Below, piece after piece: positions 27,189 through 41,583 of a DNA stretch of 64,000 nt. The position numbers were made by a program, and so were the translations under genes. How positions within the stretch are numbered: position 1 is the stretch's first letter; each line of letters opens with the position of its first letter. The DNA is from Marsupella aquatica (lineage: Eukaryota > Plantae > Marchantiophyta), in assembly GCA_973895155.1 (NCBI GenBank), contig OZ316895.1, positions 22,766,558 to 22,830,557 on the forward strand, given 5' to 3'. The notes beneath the pieces are model-generated. The model searched no databases. It was not told the DNA's origin and saw only the letters and a program-made list of their open reading frames with translations.

Positions 27189-29599
27189 GACGGTGTTACT
27201 CCCGAGAAGAAGAGGAGGAGGGAGAGAGTGAAGACGAAGATGGAGTACGTGCCTCGGGTGGAGGGGTTCGGGAACCCTTATGTGGCCTTTTTCCCGAGTG
27301 GGTTTGATCCTTTGCAGACGACCGCGAACGAAGTAGGCGACTCATGCACCGAAGCTGCGGCCTATAGCAACCCCAAACCGATGTCACGGCAGCAGGAGCT
27401 GGTGATTCAGACCCAGGAGGACGTGGATTTCGTGGGATCCAATTATGTTGGAGAGGCTGCGGGGTGGCAGCCTTGTGACTATCTCCTCGGTGTTTTTGAT
27501 AAGGAAAAGGGATCGTTGAAACTGATGTCTCTCGCTGGAGAGAAGGTACTTTCTGTTCAACCCGAGCTGCTTACCGCATTCTATCAGGATCAGTACGTTT
27601 TTCTCGTGAGCATCTGAGTTAGGGTTTAGGTTGAGAGAACAATTCCAAACCTGGCACTCACGCAGGTCACGTGTTGCAACTATCTAACGGGTTGTTGAGA
27701 ATTCAGCTTGATTGTTGGGATTCCGAGCTTAAACAACGAAAGTAATGAGTGCTGATCTAGACCCTAAACCCTAAACCGATAACCCTTTGTGCATCCATGA
27801 AAGTTGCTCAGATTGTCAAATGAGAGGACTCGGGACTTCTTAAACTGGGACTCTGGCAAGCAGTGAGGTGTACAAGATTGAGCCAATGTGCTTCGACGAA
27901 TGTTCAATTCTGTATATGGAAGTTTAAACTGGAATTCTGATATGAAGTTGTTCCGAATGCAGCCAGTGGCGATGAATTGATTCCGATCTATGAGTTGTCG
28001 TACATTTCCAGCATCGAGTCAAGAACAGTAAAGGCAAGTACTGTAAGACGGGGAACCCAAGTTTTCTAACTACCCAATTCGTTTAGGTGTTCAGAATGGA
28101 GCCAAGAGTCAGGGGGCTTGACTACGGTCGGGTTATAGACGAGGAGGTACCGGAGGAGGAAGGTGATACACTGGAACGAAGCAGGATCAAGAAACGAATG
28201 CTGACGGAGGCTTTCGGAACCCAAAGAAGCCGACTAAGAGTACGTGGTCTCTTTCTTGGACGCAATGGACTTTTTATGGCATCAGTGTAGCCAGCGAAGA
28301 CTCTTGGGGAATCAAATGAATCGATGGCACTCCATCCTGCTTTATATTTAGCATTGGGATTAGACTTGGAGTTAGGATGAACAAGCCAAATGGCCAACGG
28401 AAGACCTAAATTGTTTAATTTATGTAGAGCTCTTGGTGCCATAGTTTTTCTGACCAGTTGATCGAAAGATCTGTCTGTCCAAGAAACATGTTTAAAGGAT
28501 GCGTATGGTATGCAAACGGAGCCCTTTATTATTTACAACTATGTTGGATGTGCAGGCTGCTCGGTATGAGAGAGCCCAAGTGAAAGAAGCTGATATGGGA
28601 GACTTCAAGGAAATGGAGGGCTTGTTTCAGGAAGCAGCACGGAATGATGTTTTACTCACAACTGAGCAGGCCTTGCAATCAGCAAATTCTGCCGTTTCTC
28701 GAAACATTCCTCCACATGATCTTTCTGCGACTACTCCACAGAATGCCTATCTCTTAGATCAGATGATTACACCTGATCAGTGGGAGGCTTTGGCCTCAGA
28801 AGTGAATGACCTGAAGTCGGCTACCCTGACTAAAAGTTCCAGTCAAGGGTTGCCTGGGAGTAACGTGTATCCACCATATTTGCTGAACCGACTCAAGAGG
28901 CTAAGGGTTGAGGTAATTTCTATTTTCATTGTCATACACAAACTATGTCAGTTGCTATGATTCAGACTTTTGGGCTCTGAAAACGTTTCTGGGTGGGTGT
29001 CCGGGTCTCTAGCTGAGGTTTCACTGAAGTCTTTACCCTGTTTTCTGTATCTTCTACATGTAATGAAGGGTGACAATGAGGGCAACCAGCGGAGAGCAGT
29101 TATTCTTCTATATATAAGGCATCTTCTCATGTTCCATTCTGCACCACACGCGGTCATAAAAAGAGCAGCTGATCCTTGGAGCGTCAGTACAACTTCAAAC
29201 ACAGTGAACCTAACAGAATCACTGGGCATTCCTGGCCCCCTTGTTGCGAAGTTCCTAGAAATCTTTACCACAAAGGGTGTAGGTAGTGCCAAAGCCAGTA
29301 GAGGTTGCCAGAGAAATAAGGAACACTTAGAGCTCACCATCAGTTACGTTCTGGTACTTGGTCTGATGGTGGATGACTTCCAATCGGATCCTTATGATCT
29401 TGCAACCGAGCTGAAGTTGACTGTTTCTCAATTGAGACCACATTATCAGCAATTAGGATGTAAGTTTGAACCGCGGAAGGCATCCGAGAAACTGATAGCA
29501 GGAGAAGATCAGAATTCAGGCAAGCTGAAATGGAAAGTGACTCTTCCAGTTCCTCTTGACTTCCCTAAGATAGTTGTCCAACCGAGAGGAAGACGGTAG
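27186..29599 (+). CDS. RPA49: DNA-directed RNA polymerase I subunit A49 (RPA49/PAF53-like), 4 exons
   Basis: Exons 27186-27545, 28087-28239, 28556-28912, 29069-29599 (last acceptor is AAG). Motifs PYVAFFPSGFDP, VDFVGSNY..GE, LLGVFDKEKG, LTEAFGT, IPPHDLSATTPQNAYLLDQMI, DLATELKL...YQQLGCK, LPVPLDFPK. Confidence 0.88.
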
Positions 29600-30112
29600 A
29601 TTGAAATTTAGCTTGGTTACAATTCGATTCTGACTGAATCATAAACATCATCCATCTCAGTTGTAAATTGTTGAATGGTACCTCCAGCTATTGAAGAGCT
29701 TTCCCCGTCACTTTTTCATATGGCTGGGGATGCATCAGCGGACAAGTGGGCAATTATCCTGCCAGGTATCATTCAAGATTTTAGGCATACATCTGAAGCT
29801 GTTTTCCATTCTCATCTGGGTACATCAGTGGTTGAAGTTATCAAGGGAAATGTATTAGCGTACATTCCAACAGACTCAGGTCATGCCTGAATGTTCAGCA
29901 AGGACCTCCCACTTTGCAATTCACACTCTTCGTTTACAGCAGCTATCCCAAATCTTCAAGAGACCATGTATGTTTAAAACAATTGTAGACCTTGTCCAAT
30001 GGAAGGCCAATGCTGATGTCGAATGTCAGGATAACTGCAATACGTCCCTGAACAATTTTATATTTATTGAAGCAGCTCTTTAAAAGATAGAGAAACCTCC
30101 AACGTTTTCTAT

Positions 30113-30278
30113 AAAAGCTCGTTCTATGTATCTCTCATCGCAGCACAAGTGGAATGTGAATGACCAGGACAGCCCGAGAAATTGGGAATACAGACAAAAG
30201 CTCGTTCTATGTATCTCTCATCACGGCACAAGTGGAATGTGAATGTCCAGGACAGCCCGAGAAATTGGGAATACAGAC
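30113..30278. repeat. Tandem duplication of 83 bp
   Basis: aaaagctcgttctatgtatctctcatc...gagaaattgggaatacagac at 30113 and 30196. Confidence 0.9.
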
Positions 30279-31845
30279 AGATCCAAAAAGGGCAGAAGTG
30301 ATCATGGAAGCATCCAGGCAGGTAAGGGAGGAAAGGCAAGTCGCTCATGGGGCTTTTGGCTACAGACCAAATCGGCAAATCCGTATCCAATCGATCATTT
30401 CTGCCCGGAGGTTATGTAGCTGGAGGGGAGCAAATGATGGTACGGTTTGACGTGTTCATTGCTGCAGCAGCACGAGAGTTTCAGGTGACGACGTCACGAA
30501 AGTCAGGATCATGCGTTGCGTAAGGGCCAACATGAAATCATTATTCTGGTGTGGGTTGGTCGAAAATTGCAGCAGCAGCACTCTTGTCACGCCAGTGAGT
30601 CATGGCAATCGGAAAGCCCAAGCGCTCCTACCCAGAGCTACTGTGGGTGCAGACTCTGATGTGGAAAGGACGGAGTGGACCTATTCGTGATACTGTTATG
30701 AACTTGCCTGAGTACGATATACAATTCCTCGAGTACGCTGAGGTTACACTATCAATTGCTCGAGTACTCACTTTTTTTTCTCCTTGGATGTGAGTAGAAA
30801 TCCATAGAGAGCTCAAAGGACCAATTTACAAAAAAGGGCCAGAAAAATTACAACTTTTCTTGTCTAGGATCTCAGTAGAAATCTATAAAGAGGGCAAAGG
30901 ACCAATTTACAAAAAGGGGCCAAACAAAGTATAGTGGAGTGAACACAAAACACAAACTCAAAAGAAATGGGCAAATGCAAACCCCAAAAACCTAGAAAGA
31001 GGAAAGAAAGAAAATCCTGGATGATTGTCATCTGAGTAATCAATACTCTAGGGTAGGCCATGGCGGGAATATTCAGGGGATCCCATACATTGGATATAGA
31101 GAGAGAAGGCCACATGGGGAACATTCAGGGGATCCCATACCTTGGATAGAGAGAGAGGTTTAGACAGGGTCCAGGGTCCCAACCCTTGGAGGGAGAGGAT
31201 TAAAGCAGGGTCACAAAGCAACCAGCCAGAGACCAATTGTCATCAGAGTATCACATGCCTGGGAGGGAGAGAGTATTTTTACCAGGGTCCCAAAGGCACC
31301 AGCCAAAGACCAAGGAGAATAAACAATGACTTAAAAACAATTTCAAAAGGAAATAAAGAAAAAGGTTTAGCCGCTTCTGTTTATATATAATGACACAAAC
31401 CATAAACTCCCCTGAAGAAAATCGGGAAGAAAATTAAAATTTAAGGAATTACCTCGGAGAAATACTTCCCGAACAGGTCACCAAGGTTGCGCCACATATC
31501 ATATTCATCTCTTTGAGATTGGGGCCTGTAGTACTGTTGTTATCTTAGGCTTTTCTATGGACTACTTTGGCCTCTTCCCTACTTTCTCAAATGTATAGCA
31601 TACGTAGGGTTGATGCATTCATCCCTTTGAGATTGGTTACTGGCCTATAATAGTACACTTGTATCTTAGGTTTTTCTTGGGACATCTTTTGGCCTCTTTC
31701 CTTCCTTTAATTATTAACTTGTAGGCCCGCTCTATAGTGAAAGAGTCATATTCTAAGTTGTGAGGTAAAGAACAAGAGTTGAGAATGAATGGTTTTTCAG
31801 GCTCTGTAAAAGCAAGATCAAAAACACTTCATTAATTACCAATGA

Positions 31846-32195
31846 AGGGAAAACAAAAGAGATCTAAAGAGGACAAACACCAGACACTAGCCAAGAGGCA
31901 AAAGCAAACCTGAATGCAAGGAAAGCAAAAGAAATCCAAGGAGGACAAACACCAGACACTAGAGAAGAGGCAAATGCAAACCCGAAGGAAAAGAAAAGCA
32001 AAAGAGATCCAAACAGGACAAACACCAGACACTAGAGAAGAGGCAAATGCAAACCCAAATGAAAGGAATGCAAAAGAGGTCCAAAGAGGTCAAACATCAA
32101 ACACTAAAGAAGAGGCAAATGCAAACCCACATGAAGGGCAGCAACAGAGGTCCAAAGAAGACGAACACTAGAGAAGAGGCAGATGCAACCCCGGA
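31846..32195. repeat. Purine-rich minisatellite, five degenerate ~70-75 bp units
   Basis: ...ccaaagaggacaaacaccagacactagagaagaggcaaatgcaaaccc... repeated five times. Confidence 0.85.
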
Positions 32196-33537
32196 AATCT
32201 AGAAGGAGGAAAAAGGGGAGCAAAAAAGGGGGAAAGAGCTACCACGCCAATGGTGTGAGAGTTAATGGTTCACATCTAAACTGAACCCAATACAAGTTAC
32301 TTTGCAAGGCTAGAGTCTAGAGTGAAGCCTCTAGACACTAACCCTCAGTCAATAAGGACAAAACTAACTGTAACCCTTGATAAGGACAAAGCTAACCGTA
32401 ACTCTAAATAAGGCAAAGATGAACCAGAAATAGCATATAATTATTATTTTCACTAATAGTTTTTGTAGTCGGCTCTGTTTACTTTAGTTTTTTGCCTTGA
32501 ATACCTAAAGCTGACCCATCCAAAAGAGGATAGAAGATCAACTCTGGAGCATGCACCTATGTAGGGTAGCCCACAAGGGGGGTCATACTCAGTACCAGGA
32601 GGGAGAGGGGGTTGGACCAGAGCCCCAAAGCGGACTAGCCAGGGGCTGAGGAGAAACGAGGACTCCCACCAGTACACCCCATCCACACCCACCCTTCACA
32701 ACCCTTGCATGTGGAAGGGCGATTCAACCCGGGACCTCTGGATTCTAGGCTCAACCCTGGCACCAGTGTGCCATTGGTTAGCTCTGTTTACTTTAGGCTA
32801 GTATGATTTAAAAACAAGAGAAGATTATGAAGAAATGAACGAAGGCTTTTCAAGTTTCAAACCAGAAGAACTAACGAAGAAATGATTGAAGGAAGGAACG
32901 GATGAATTTCAAAGCTGACAACAATCGAGAGCAGATTGACGAGACTACGAATATATATATTTTTTCCGAAAAGTTTACTCCAAAAAGACAAAACAAGGAT
33001 GATCTTAACAAAGAAAGAATCTCCATCGCTTACTTCGAATCACCACATAATCATTTACTTCCAATCAACAGAACACAGAATCATTTACTTCGAATCAACC
33101 GAGAATCCTAAACACCTGTAAATCGATCCGTAATCTGTTGAATCTCAATCATCCCCTTCGAATCAACACAGAATTTCTTGAATCCCTATTATCTCCTTTA
33201 AATCGAACCATTTCTGGAATCTCTATCACCTCTTCGATCGATCCAGAATTTCTTTGACTCTCCATCATCTCCTTTCATCAATGAATCCATAATTTGTTGA
33301 ATACCTTGACTCTCCATCATCACCCTATCCAGAGTTGGATGATTGAAGTCCGTGAAGAAAGTAACATTGCATGGTCACGAGAGAACCCACGTCTGGTACA
33401 AGGGCTCATCGGTTGCATGGCAGTAATCCAGTGTACTGTATGAGATTTGAGTAGTCGGACAATACACGCAACGAACGGAGTGCTGATGGTCATCAGTTTA
33501 GTCGAGTTGGGTGCCCGGTTGGGTGTTCCTCATGCAA

Positions 33538-33539
<2 letters not shown>

Positions 33540-33593
<54 letters not shown>
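33540..33593. repeat. (AG)27 microsatellite
   Basis: Perfect dinucleotide run about 1.1 kb upstream of the transporter ATG. Confidence 0.97.
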
Positions 33594-33597
<4 letters not shown>

Positions 33598-34690
33598 GAG
33601 GAAGATGCGTTTTGCAGATACAAATGCAATGATAGAGTGGTGTGGAATTGATGTCTCTCTCTCGTGAACCCAAAGGTTGAGTGATTTCTTCACACAGAAG
33701 GACCTCTCTTCTTGGTCGGTGGGTCAGTCGGTCATTTGAGCGAACGAATTACGCATGGAGCGGAACATAAACTGTTTTCCTACTAGGTTTATGAGAGAAG
33801 CTTGCGTGTTTCTCTAAATCAGTTGGGTGGTGGCTTCCTCAACCGCCACAATGCCAGACCCTTATATCAGACCAGACCCCTCCGGCCCTTCAATGGCGAA
33901 GCGGAAGCTTGGATTCGCGACATTGTTCGAGATGTGGTCGATTCCATTCCAGAACCTCTAGTTGAGGAGCTCCGCAAAGTCGCTCTCTCTCTCTCTCGTA
34001 GATTGTGAATGTGGGCGCAGACTGATGGAGTTCTGTTGTTGGAAGGAAATACTTTCTAGTCTTGTCAGGAGTACCCATGCATTTGCCGCTACTCGACGTC
34101 GCATGCATTAAATTGTCGACGGAAATTGCTCATCGCGGCGCCGAGCTTGACCTGCAGCTGATGGCATGGGACTTGTCCGACTCAGGACCGATATAATTCA
34201 TATACGGCGAGAGAGAGGAAATAATGCATGAATGAATCATTCAAGATACCAAGATGCGAATCTGCTCCTAGGCATCAGACGTACGAAACCTACTTCAGTA
34301 TTACTGTCCAGCACCTCTCGTTTATTTGAGCAGGAAGCTGTGCTCAGATAGAGATGAACGTGTGAACGTTCGCTATTTAGAAAAACTCTCCATAGACGTT
34401 GACGAAATTTCAAAGTACAAGATTGCACGGCGACACTCATGAGCGTCCGTGCTACAAGAGGTGAAGTCATTTCGCACAGAATGAAGCTACCGCGGCGGTA
34501 TAACTTAGATACACGGAGGTCGTTGTTCCAATTTCTATTTTAAATGTTTCGTTCAAACTTCGTCGCATGGAATTTTTCTGATTTTAGAGAAGTTTGTCGG
34601 CGAGCACCATCCTCAAACTCTCTCTTGCTTGTGAGGTAGTTTAGGCTGGCAACAACCAATTCTATTCCATTCCGTCGTAAGTTCCATCCC

Positions 34691-37600
34691 ATGGACTCCG
34701 AGGTTTTAGAAGAGGGCATGAAATTGCCCAGCGAGAATGTCCGCAGAAGCAGCTCCCCAGCAAAAGGGGATGGGAAGGAGTACATGTCGGTCGACGACAT
34801 GTTGGTGAAGCATGTGGGTGAATTCGGATGGGCTCAGTTGGGGCACTTTGTGTTGGTCAGTTGGGCATGGACAGTTGAGGCGTTCCATACTATGGTGATG
34901 ATCTTTGGGGACCGTGTGCCCGAGTGGCGTTGTCTGTCCCCGGATGGCGGCGCTCAGGCATGGGGTGTCAACGATACTCTTGCCTCTACAACTTGCTCCG
35001 CATCCTCGGCGCTTTGTGATTTGGACCGAGGAGCTTGGGACTGGTCTGGAGAGAGAAGCCAGTCGACGGTGTCTGAATGGGATCTTATCTGTGGAGAAGA
35101 GTACAAGGTCGGTCTTGTTGGCTCTCTGTTCTTCATCGGCGTTCTCTTGGGTAAAAAACTTCCCATCCGTGTTCCTTCATTCCTCAACCCTGACCCAGCA
35201 CTGAGTAATGAACTTGCATTGCATGTTTGATTTTAGAAGAAGGTCGAGTTTGTTACCTGTCCTCAACTGCCATTTGTGCTCCTACAATCCGCTCTCAAGG
35301 TTTAGATGAAAAGGAAGGCGATGATGTCTCTCGAGGAACAATGATTTACACAATTATTATCTAGCCCAGCACCCATCTTACGCGGCGTAACAGAAGTGTT
35401 GTTTTCGTCCATGTCGCATTTTCTCGCTCTCCGGTTGCGTCCCGCATGGACTTCATGTTCACTCATTCCTTTTATATTTGGCATCTAGTCTCTTTTACGA
35501 TCTCGTGCCAGCCACCTCTCTCTCATGCGCACCAGTTCATGGTTTGCAGCGATCTCAGCGGGTGGTACGATTTGTTGTGAGTCCAACCGCTCTGTCAAAG
35601 CGAATAGAGAACTTCGAGTTCACAAGGATGGCTTCGAGAGAGCGAGGAAGTAATGTAATTCACGATTGTCATCAGAGAAAAAGAGAGAGAATGAAATAAT
35701 GAAGGACTGACGGAATGAATTTAAGTCTATATATGGGAACCATCAAACCTGGGCCATCGCACCAACAATCTACCACGACCACCATAAATCTATCAGAAGT
35801 CAAAATCTCACAAGGTCACCTATGAATCACAGAAGGTTACCAAATCTAAATCCCTGAAGTGTCTTAAAGAGTTTGAGAACTATGGAGAGAATTGTCTGTA
35901 AACAGCCTCCACCCTTCCGAGAGTGGTACCGAGCTAGGCTGCTCTCAGAAACTAATGCGTGTATCGATTGATATTTAATGCAGGTGCTGGGATTTATGGA
36001 AGCCTCTCCGACTCGTTTCTGGGCCGGAAAGGGTCCTTGGCCCTCTCATGCATCGCAACAGTGAGCCTGGGGCTGCTCACATCCCTTGCGCCCTCCTACT
36101 GGATCTATGCCTCCTTCCGATTTATGACAGGGCTGAATGCCGGAGGAATCGGGCTCTGCTCCTTCGTGCTGGCCACAGAAATTGTGGGACCGAACAAGAG
36201 GGGGTCGGTGGGAATGTCGGCCTTCTACTTCTTCTCTGGTGGAATCATGCTCCTATCCGTGGTCGGCTACTTTTCACCCTCTTGGAGAGTTCTGTATGTC
36301 GCCACGGCGGTTCCGGGACTATTATACTGCTTTCTGGTTCTGCCATTCATCTGGGAGTCCCCCCGGTGGTACCTCGTGAAGGGGCGTCTCGGTGATGCCA
36401 TGAGGGTCTTGCGAGCCATTGCCAAATGGAATGGGGTCACTCTGCCTGATAGTGTGCTCCTTTGCTTGGACTCCGATGAAGACGAGGGGGCGAAAGTGGA
36501 ACAACAGGACAAGATGGCAATTGTGGAGACCACAGAACAGCACCATGAAGAAGCTGTTTCCTTAATTTCTCCGCCCACCTTGCGTCCTCAATTCTCTGTA
36601 AGCATTTCGTTCTTCAACCACCGCGTTGCCATCTAGGACAAGGGCTATTTGGGCAATGACTAGAGAGAAAGAACCAGTGGGTCACATAAGTTAATGTGGA
36701 CAATGAATACGGAGAATACAAATTGCTTCCTTGGACATAATACCAGATAATAGACTGAATTATTTGCTTGAAGTTTGTTTGAACGATCGTTAGAGAGTGA
36801 AGGAACTGATTACGTTTTATATCGACAGTTACAGAGAAAGTGGAAATGATTTGAAGTTTGTGGGATCCTAAAATGTCCATAGGACAAGGTGTTGTAACAA
36901 TTCAGAGGGGGTGGGCCGTGAAATCAAGAGTAGTTTTTTGTTTTTAAAAAATATTTTTTGGAGACTAATTTACGAAGAAGATCGAACTCACTGATCTTGA
37001 CTGGAAATCCAGTTAACTGACCTGCAGCTCTCGGATATGATATTGGCAGGACTTCATTGATAGACTCATGTGCCTCATTGAAATCATGTAGAAACTACCA
37101 CAATTGCATTATTTTCCCTTGTTTCCCCTCTTGTTTTATGACGAGCTCTATATTACCTTCATTCGTCTGCACCTCATCCTTGCATGCACTTAAAATTCAT
37201 TCCCTGTAAGATTTCATTAGACTAAACGACAAGCAGTTCAAGAATTTTTTTGTTTCATTTGCTGTAGATGATCGGTCAGGTTATGAGCTCTATGATGCTC
37301 AAAGAATTTTCTTAGAATCACCGAGAACAAATAGAAGTAAGCCTCCCAAACGCACATCAATTTCTTTTAGGGGAAAAGTTTTAGTGTCCTGATGATAGAC
37401 ATCGATCTGAATAGATCTCTTCCTTCATTTGTTCTTGAATTGTCGTGTGTTCTTTGTTTTATGTCCATTGGATCCCTTTTACCGATCACAGCGCTTACGT
37501 TAGTCAAGTCATACGTGTGGCGATAGCTCGAAATCGCAGTTGATTGTCGAAAGTCAGCTAGGGCCTCAAAACAAACCCGGATCGAAGAACGACATGCGGG

Positions 37601-39095
37601 AGACTCTTCTATTTTTTCTCATGTAGTCAAGTGCATCCTTGTCGCCCCTCGCACCATACTGTACATGTTTCAATCGGGTTAATGTGTGCTGAAGAGTTAA
37701 CGGTCCATCTCAGGGAGGCCAAAAGTGGCTGATTGCCTTCCACTGCACAAGGAAAACGAGTAGTTCGACAGGTCCATGGACGGTCTGCCAACTGCAGCCT
37801 TCGCTTAGAATCGCTATTTGGATATTCTTTTGCTCGCACAATTTCAGATTGAAACTCCAAGGATCACAATGCTTAGTTCTTGAGCTTCAATGAACACGTT
37901 TGAAACTTTTAGTGCTGAACTTACTCATATCTTCGAATACAACTTGTGTTCATCGGAGTAAAATACACGAACATAATTGATCTAGTTTGTAATGTCTGAC
38001 GGCTTTAGTTGAATGCCCTCAGGACATTTGTGCAGTAAGGTTGGAAGAAGATGAAGAGAGGCAAGAAGAGAATGATACCCAAAAGCAGCTCGAGTCTGGG
38101 GGTAATCTCATGGACGTCTTCAGGTATAGAGAGACGCGATGGCGAATGCTCATTATGGTCTGCATATGGTTCTTCACAGGAGTGGTATACTACGGCATCA
38201 GCCTGAACGTTGTGAACTTGGGTCTCAATGTCTACGTGAGCGTCTTCGTGAATGGCTTCATTGAAATTCCAGCATTCGCCATTACTGCTATGCTGTTGGG
38301 AAGGGTCGGAAGAAAGGCCATGCTTGTCGGTGCCATGGCCCTCTCGGGTGTCTGCTGCCTGGTGGGCAGCTTCTTCTTTGGTTTGGACACGCCACAAGGG
38401 CTGAACGGAAGAAATGGATTTTCGTTTGGTGGCTCTTCGAAGAGAATGGGATCCAACGGCACCTATCTGCAGCAATTTGAGCTAAATGACACCGGTAACG
38501 TCTACCATACCTCTCTGAAAGTATGACCTATAAAGGTACGAGCGATTGTAAGTGATCACTCCCAACAACGAGAAGACTCGCAAGAGTTTTTGTTAGTGCT
38601 CGGGGAACATATACTAAACTGATCTTTCGTTTGCGTAATGACCTTTCGTTTGCAGGAGCAAAGTCTTCAGGAATCCTAATGGGGATTTTGAGACTGTCGT
38701 GCGGAGTACTGGGCATATTCGGCATGGCAGGCACCTACAATCTCATCTACATTTACACCACGGAATTATTCCCCACGGTTGTGAGAAATGCTGCTCTTGG
38801 ACTGGCATCTCAAGCTGCAGGAATTGGATCGGTGATTGCTCCACTGGTCGTGGTTGTTGGCCATTTTGAGCCATCTCTTCCATTTCTGCTGTTTGCGGTG
38901 TTCGCTTTAGCTGGTGCTGCTTTGGCAACCAGGCTGCCTGAAACTCTCAACCAGCCTCTCCTTGACACCATGGAAGGGATGAAAAGGACTGAGAGTACGA
39001 ATCTGGATCGTGCTAGGACACAAGCGTCCCCAGAGGAAACAAGGTGCCCCATCATTGCTGTTGAGGCTCGCAAGGATTGCTATACCCAAGGGTGA
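34691..39095 (+). CDS. OCT: Organic cation/carnitine transporter (MFS, SLC22/OCT family), 4 exons
   Basis: Exons 34691-35150, 35984-36597, 38023-38494, 38656-39095 (the exon 2/3 junction is least certain). Motifs VGEFGWAQL, STVSEWDLIC, LSDSFLGRK, ESPRWYLVKGR, RVGRK, YTTELFPTVVRN, LPETLNQPL. Confidence 0.93.
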
Positions 39096-40722
39096 CAGGC
39101 TAGGGATACCTGGAGGCCCAGCAAACCATGCTGGGTTTTGGAATTTACGTTTCCCAGATCACCATTTGAATCTAGTTAAGTTCAGAGGCTCTCGCGTGGA
39201 TGCGAAGCTCATTGGAAGGCAACGTCCACATCACCAATTGCATCTCTTGCTTCATTTCCATTCCAGGGTATTGTCATCAAGATTGGAAAGAAGGCGAGGA
39301 GACGCCCAACTTTACGCCTAAACGTTTCCGGGTTTCGAAGCACTCTTGAGATATGAAAACTGCTCCTCTTGTTTCATGGAGCTATTGATCAACGTGATGG
39401 GAAGCATTGCGGTGGATTTCATCAGTTTTTTACTCGTAGAATGAAGAAGGCTCCCTGTACATATGGAGAGACATCATCTGTGTTTCGTTTTCTTTCTGGA
39501 CTCAAGCAGAAGCTGAGAGCCATCGAGTATCCGTTTCGTCCTAAGCAGCAATTAATCTATGCATGCGACTTTCCTCACCGTTTTTCTGCAGCTCTTAAGA
39601 CAATGACATCGCAGTCTGGCTGCTTCCCTTTCTGCTCGTGATCCGCAACCTGAACTTATTTTTCTCCTGAGTTCATCCGGTACAAAGAAGGTTTTGAATT
39701 CAATTTCCAGTTAGTATCCATGAAACTCAAGTTGTGTTGTAACAGTTTAATTCTTGCTGCAATGATTTGCCAAGACTCTGGATATCGGTGCTGAAATTGG
39801 TGCTGAAAAACACTGCAAACTACTGGTAAAATTGGTAAAATTCCAACCTGTTAACTTTTCTCCGGTCAAATGCATCCGGTTGGACATTTATATCTCAAGA
39901 TAATTCCATTGATCTTGACGGACTTCATTGCAAACTTTAATCTCTGGCATGGCAACAACCCATGTAGGTCCGAGCATCTATCATCACATGGCTGCCCTCA
40001 ACTATTCAATCGCATTTGCAGGTTTCCCCTGTATGTTGCATTGTTTCTGAACTACATTGTGTTCTTCCGGATTTGTTTGTCAATGAGAGTTCCTAGCGCC
40101 CGTTTCTCGCAAATTGGTGAATGGATGAAATAGTTTGTCAGCCTGGCAGAAGCTCCTTACCACGCCGAGTCGCATCATCTCAAAGTTCCTGTAACAGAAT
40201 GGCCATCGTCGATGGCTGCAATACCTCCTGATCACGCAAACATTGACAACATTATTGTATCTGGGCTGCCAGTGAGTACTGCTCTAGAGTGACTTTGAAG
40301 CGAGCGAAGAACACAGCTTCCAAGCTTATCACCAGTTAATCACCACAAGAACACACGCCATCTTCAAAATGGTCAAAGCTATTTGCATCCCTCACTTTCA
40401 TCTCGCGTCCTCTCACCTTAGGGATAAACTTGGTTGCTGTATGTATACATTAAAGTCCTGTTCGGCATTATGGGATATAATGCTTAAAAAAAACGAGAGC
40501 TTCAGTTGAGTTCTGAGGGGCTATAATTGCCCATAATGCTCAGGAAACACGAGCCTGAGAGATGTCAGGTTTTCTATCTTCAGTAAAACTAGAGTAAAAT
40601 CTTCAGAAAGTGGTGATCTAGTGCACCGGGGCATGATGCTCTGAAAAATACAAAACAAAAAATCATGATGGGTAATAAGGCAATCTGAACCCACCCCGAC
40701 CCAAAAGATTTTATATATACAA

Positions 40723-40751
40723 ACTAGCCCAATGCTCCATGTGTTGCACAG
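40723..40751 (-). mobile_element. Helitron-like 3' terminus
   Basis: Minus strand ctgtgcaacacatgg (degenerate hairpin) followed about 9 nt later by CTAG|T. Confidence 0.4.
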
Positions 40752-41583
40752 AAGATGTTGAGGTGAGAAAAAAATTCATTCTAGCTTGTTCATCATCTGT
40801 TTGTGATTTGTCATTTGAGCCGGCTTGTTGGTTCTTGGGTTTTCCTTGTTCTTTCATTTGTCTTCCCCCATTCAATGGGTTTTTGGTCTTTGGGATCCTG
40901 TCTCCCGCTTAGTTGTTGTTTGTTCTTTTGCAGTGATTTATATGATAAAATTTGGTGATTTGTCAAATTTTGTTGTGTCATAGTTCAATTGGCCAAAAAC
41001 ACCCTCCTCTGCCCCACTCCCGCATGCCCTGCCTTGCTATCCTTGCCTCACCCTTGCTAATCACATGACACATGGGCATCGGGCTCATATCTATCAAAAT
41101 ATCTCTGCATGTCTCAGTCTCCAAGGTGTGACTGTGCTGCTGAGCATAATGCACACTACAAGGTTTCATAGGTAGTTACAGGGTTTGATTGTGTGAGGGG
41201 AGGAAGTTACAGGCATACCAAGGGTTGAGGGGAACTCATGTCCATTAACTATGGTACACAAGAGTTTCCTGCCCAACACTCCTGCCCACAAAACCCTCCT
41301 TGTGAGCCCTTTCTCAATGAATGTTATGGTCCAGTGCCCTCGCGTGCACAGATGACGCGGCATGAACTGCAAGGAGGAGGGTGCATTGGGAGGTAGGGAG
41401 TATGGCAAGGGCACACCTGGAAGCCGGGAGGGCATGCAGGAAAACGTTTTGGCCGATTATATTTCCTACCCAGAACGTAATTTATAAACATATGATCAAT
41501 TTGATTTTATTGTGTGTAGATAAGCCTGTCACCAGCCTGGCTACACTTTTCAGTGGTTTGAATTATGTGTTATTGGCGTTGGC

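Noticed and set aside
27761-27785. CTAAACCCT as a telomerase RNA template or interstitial telomere
   Set aside because: Only about two units inside an intron with no Pol III USE/TATA promoter; better explained as a telo-box.
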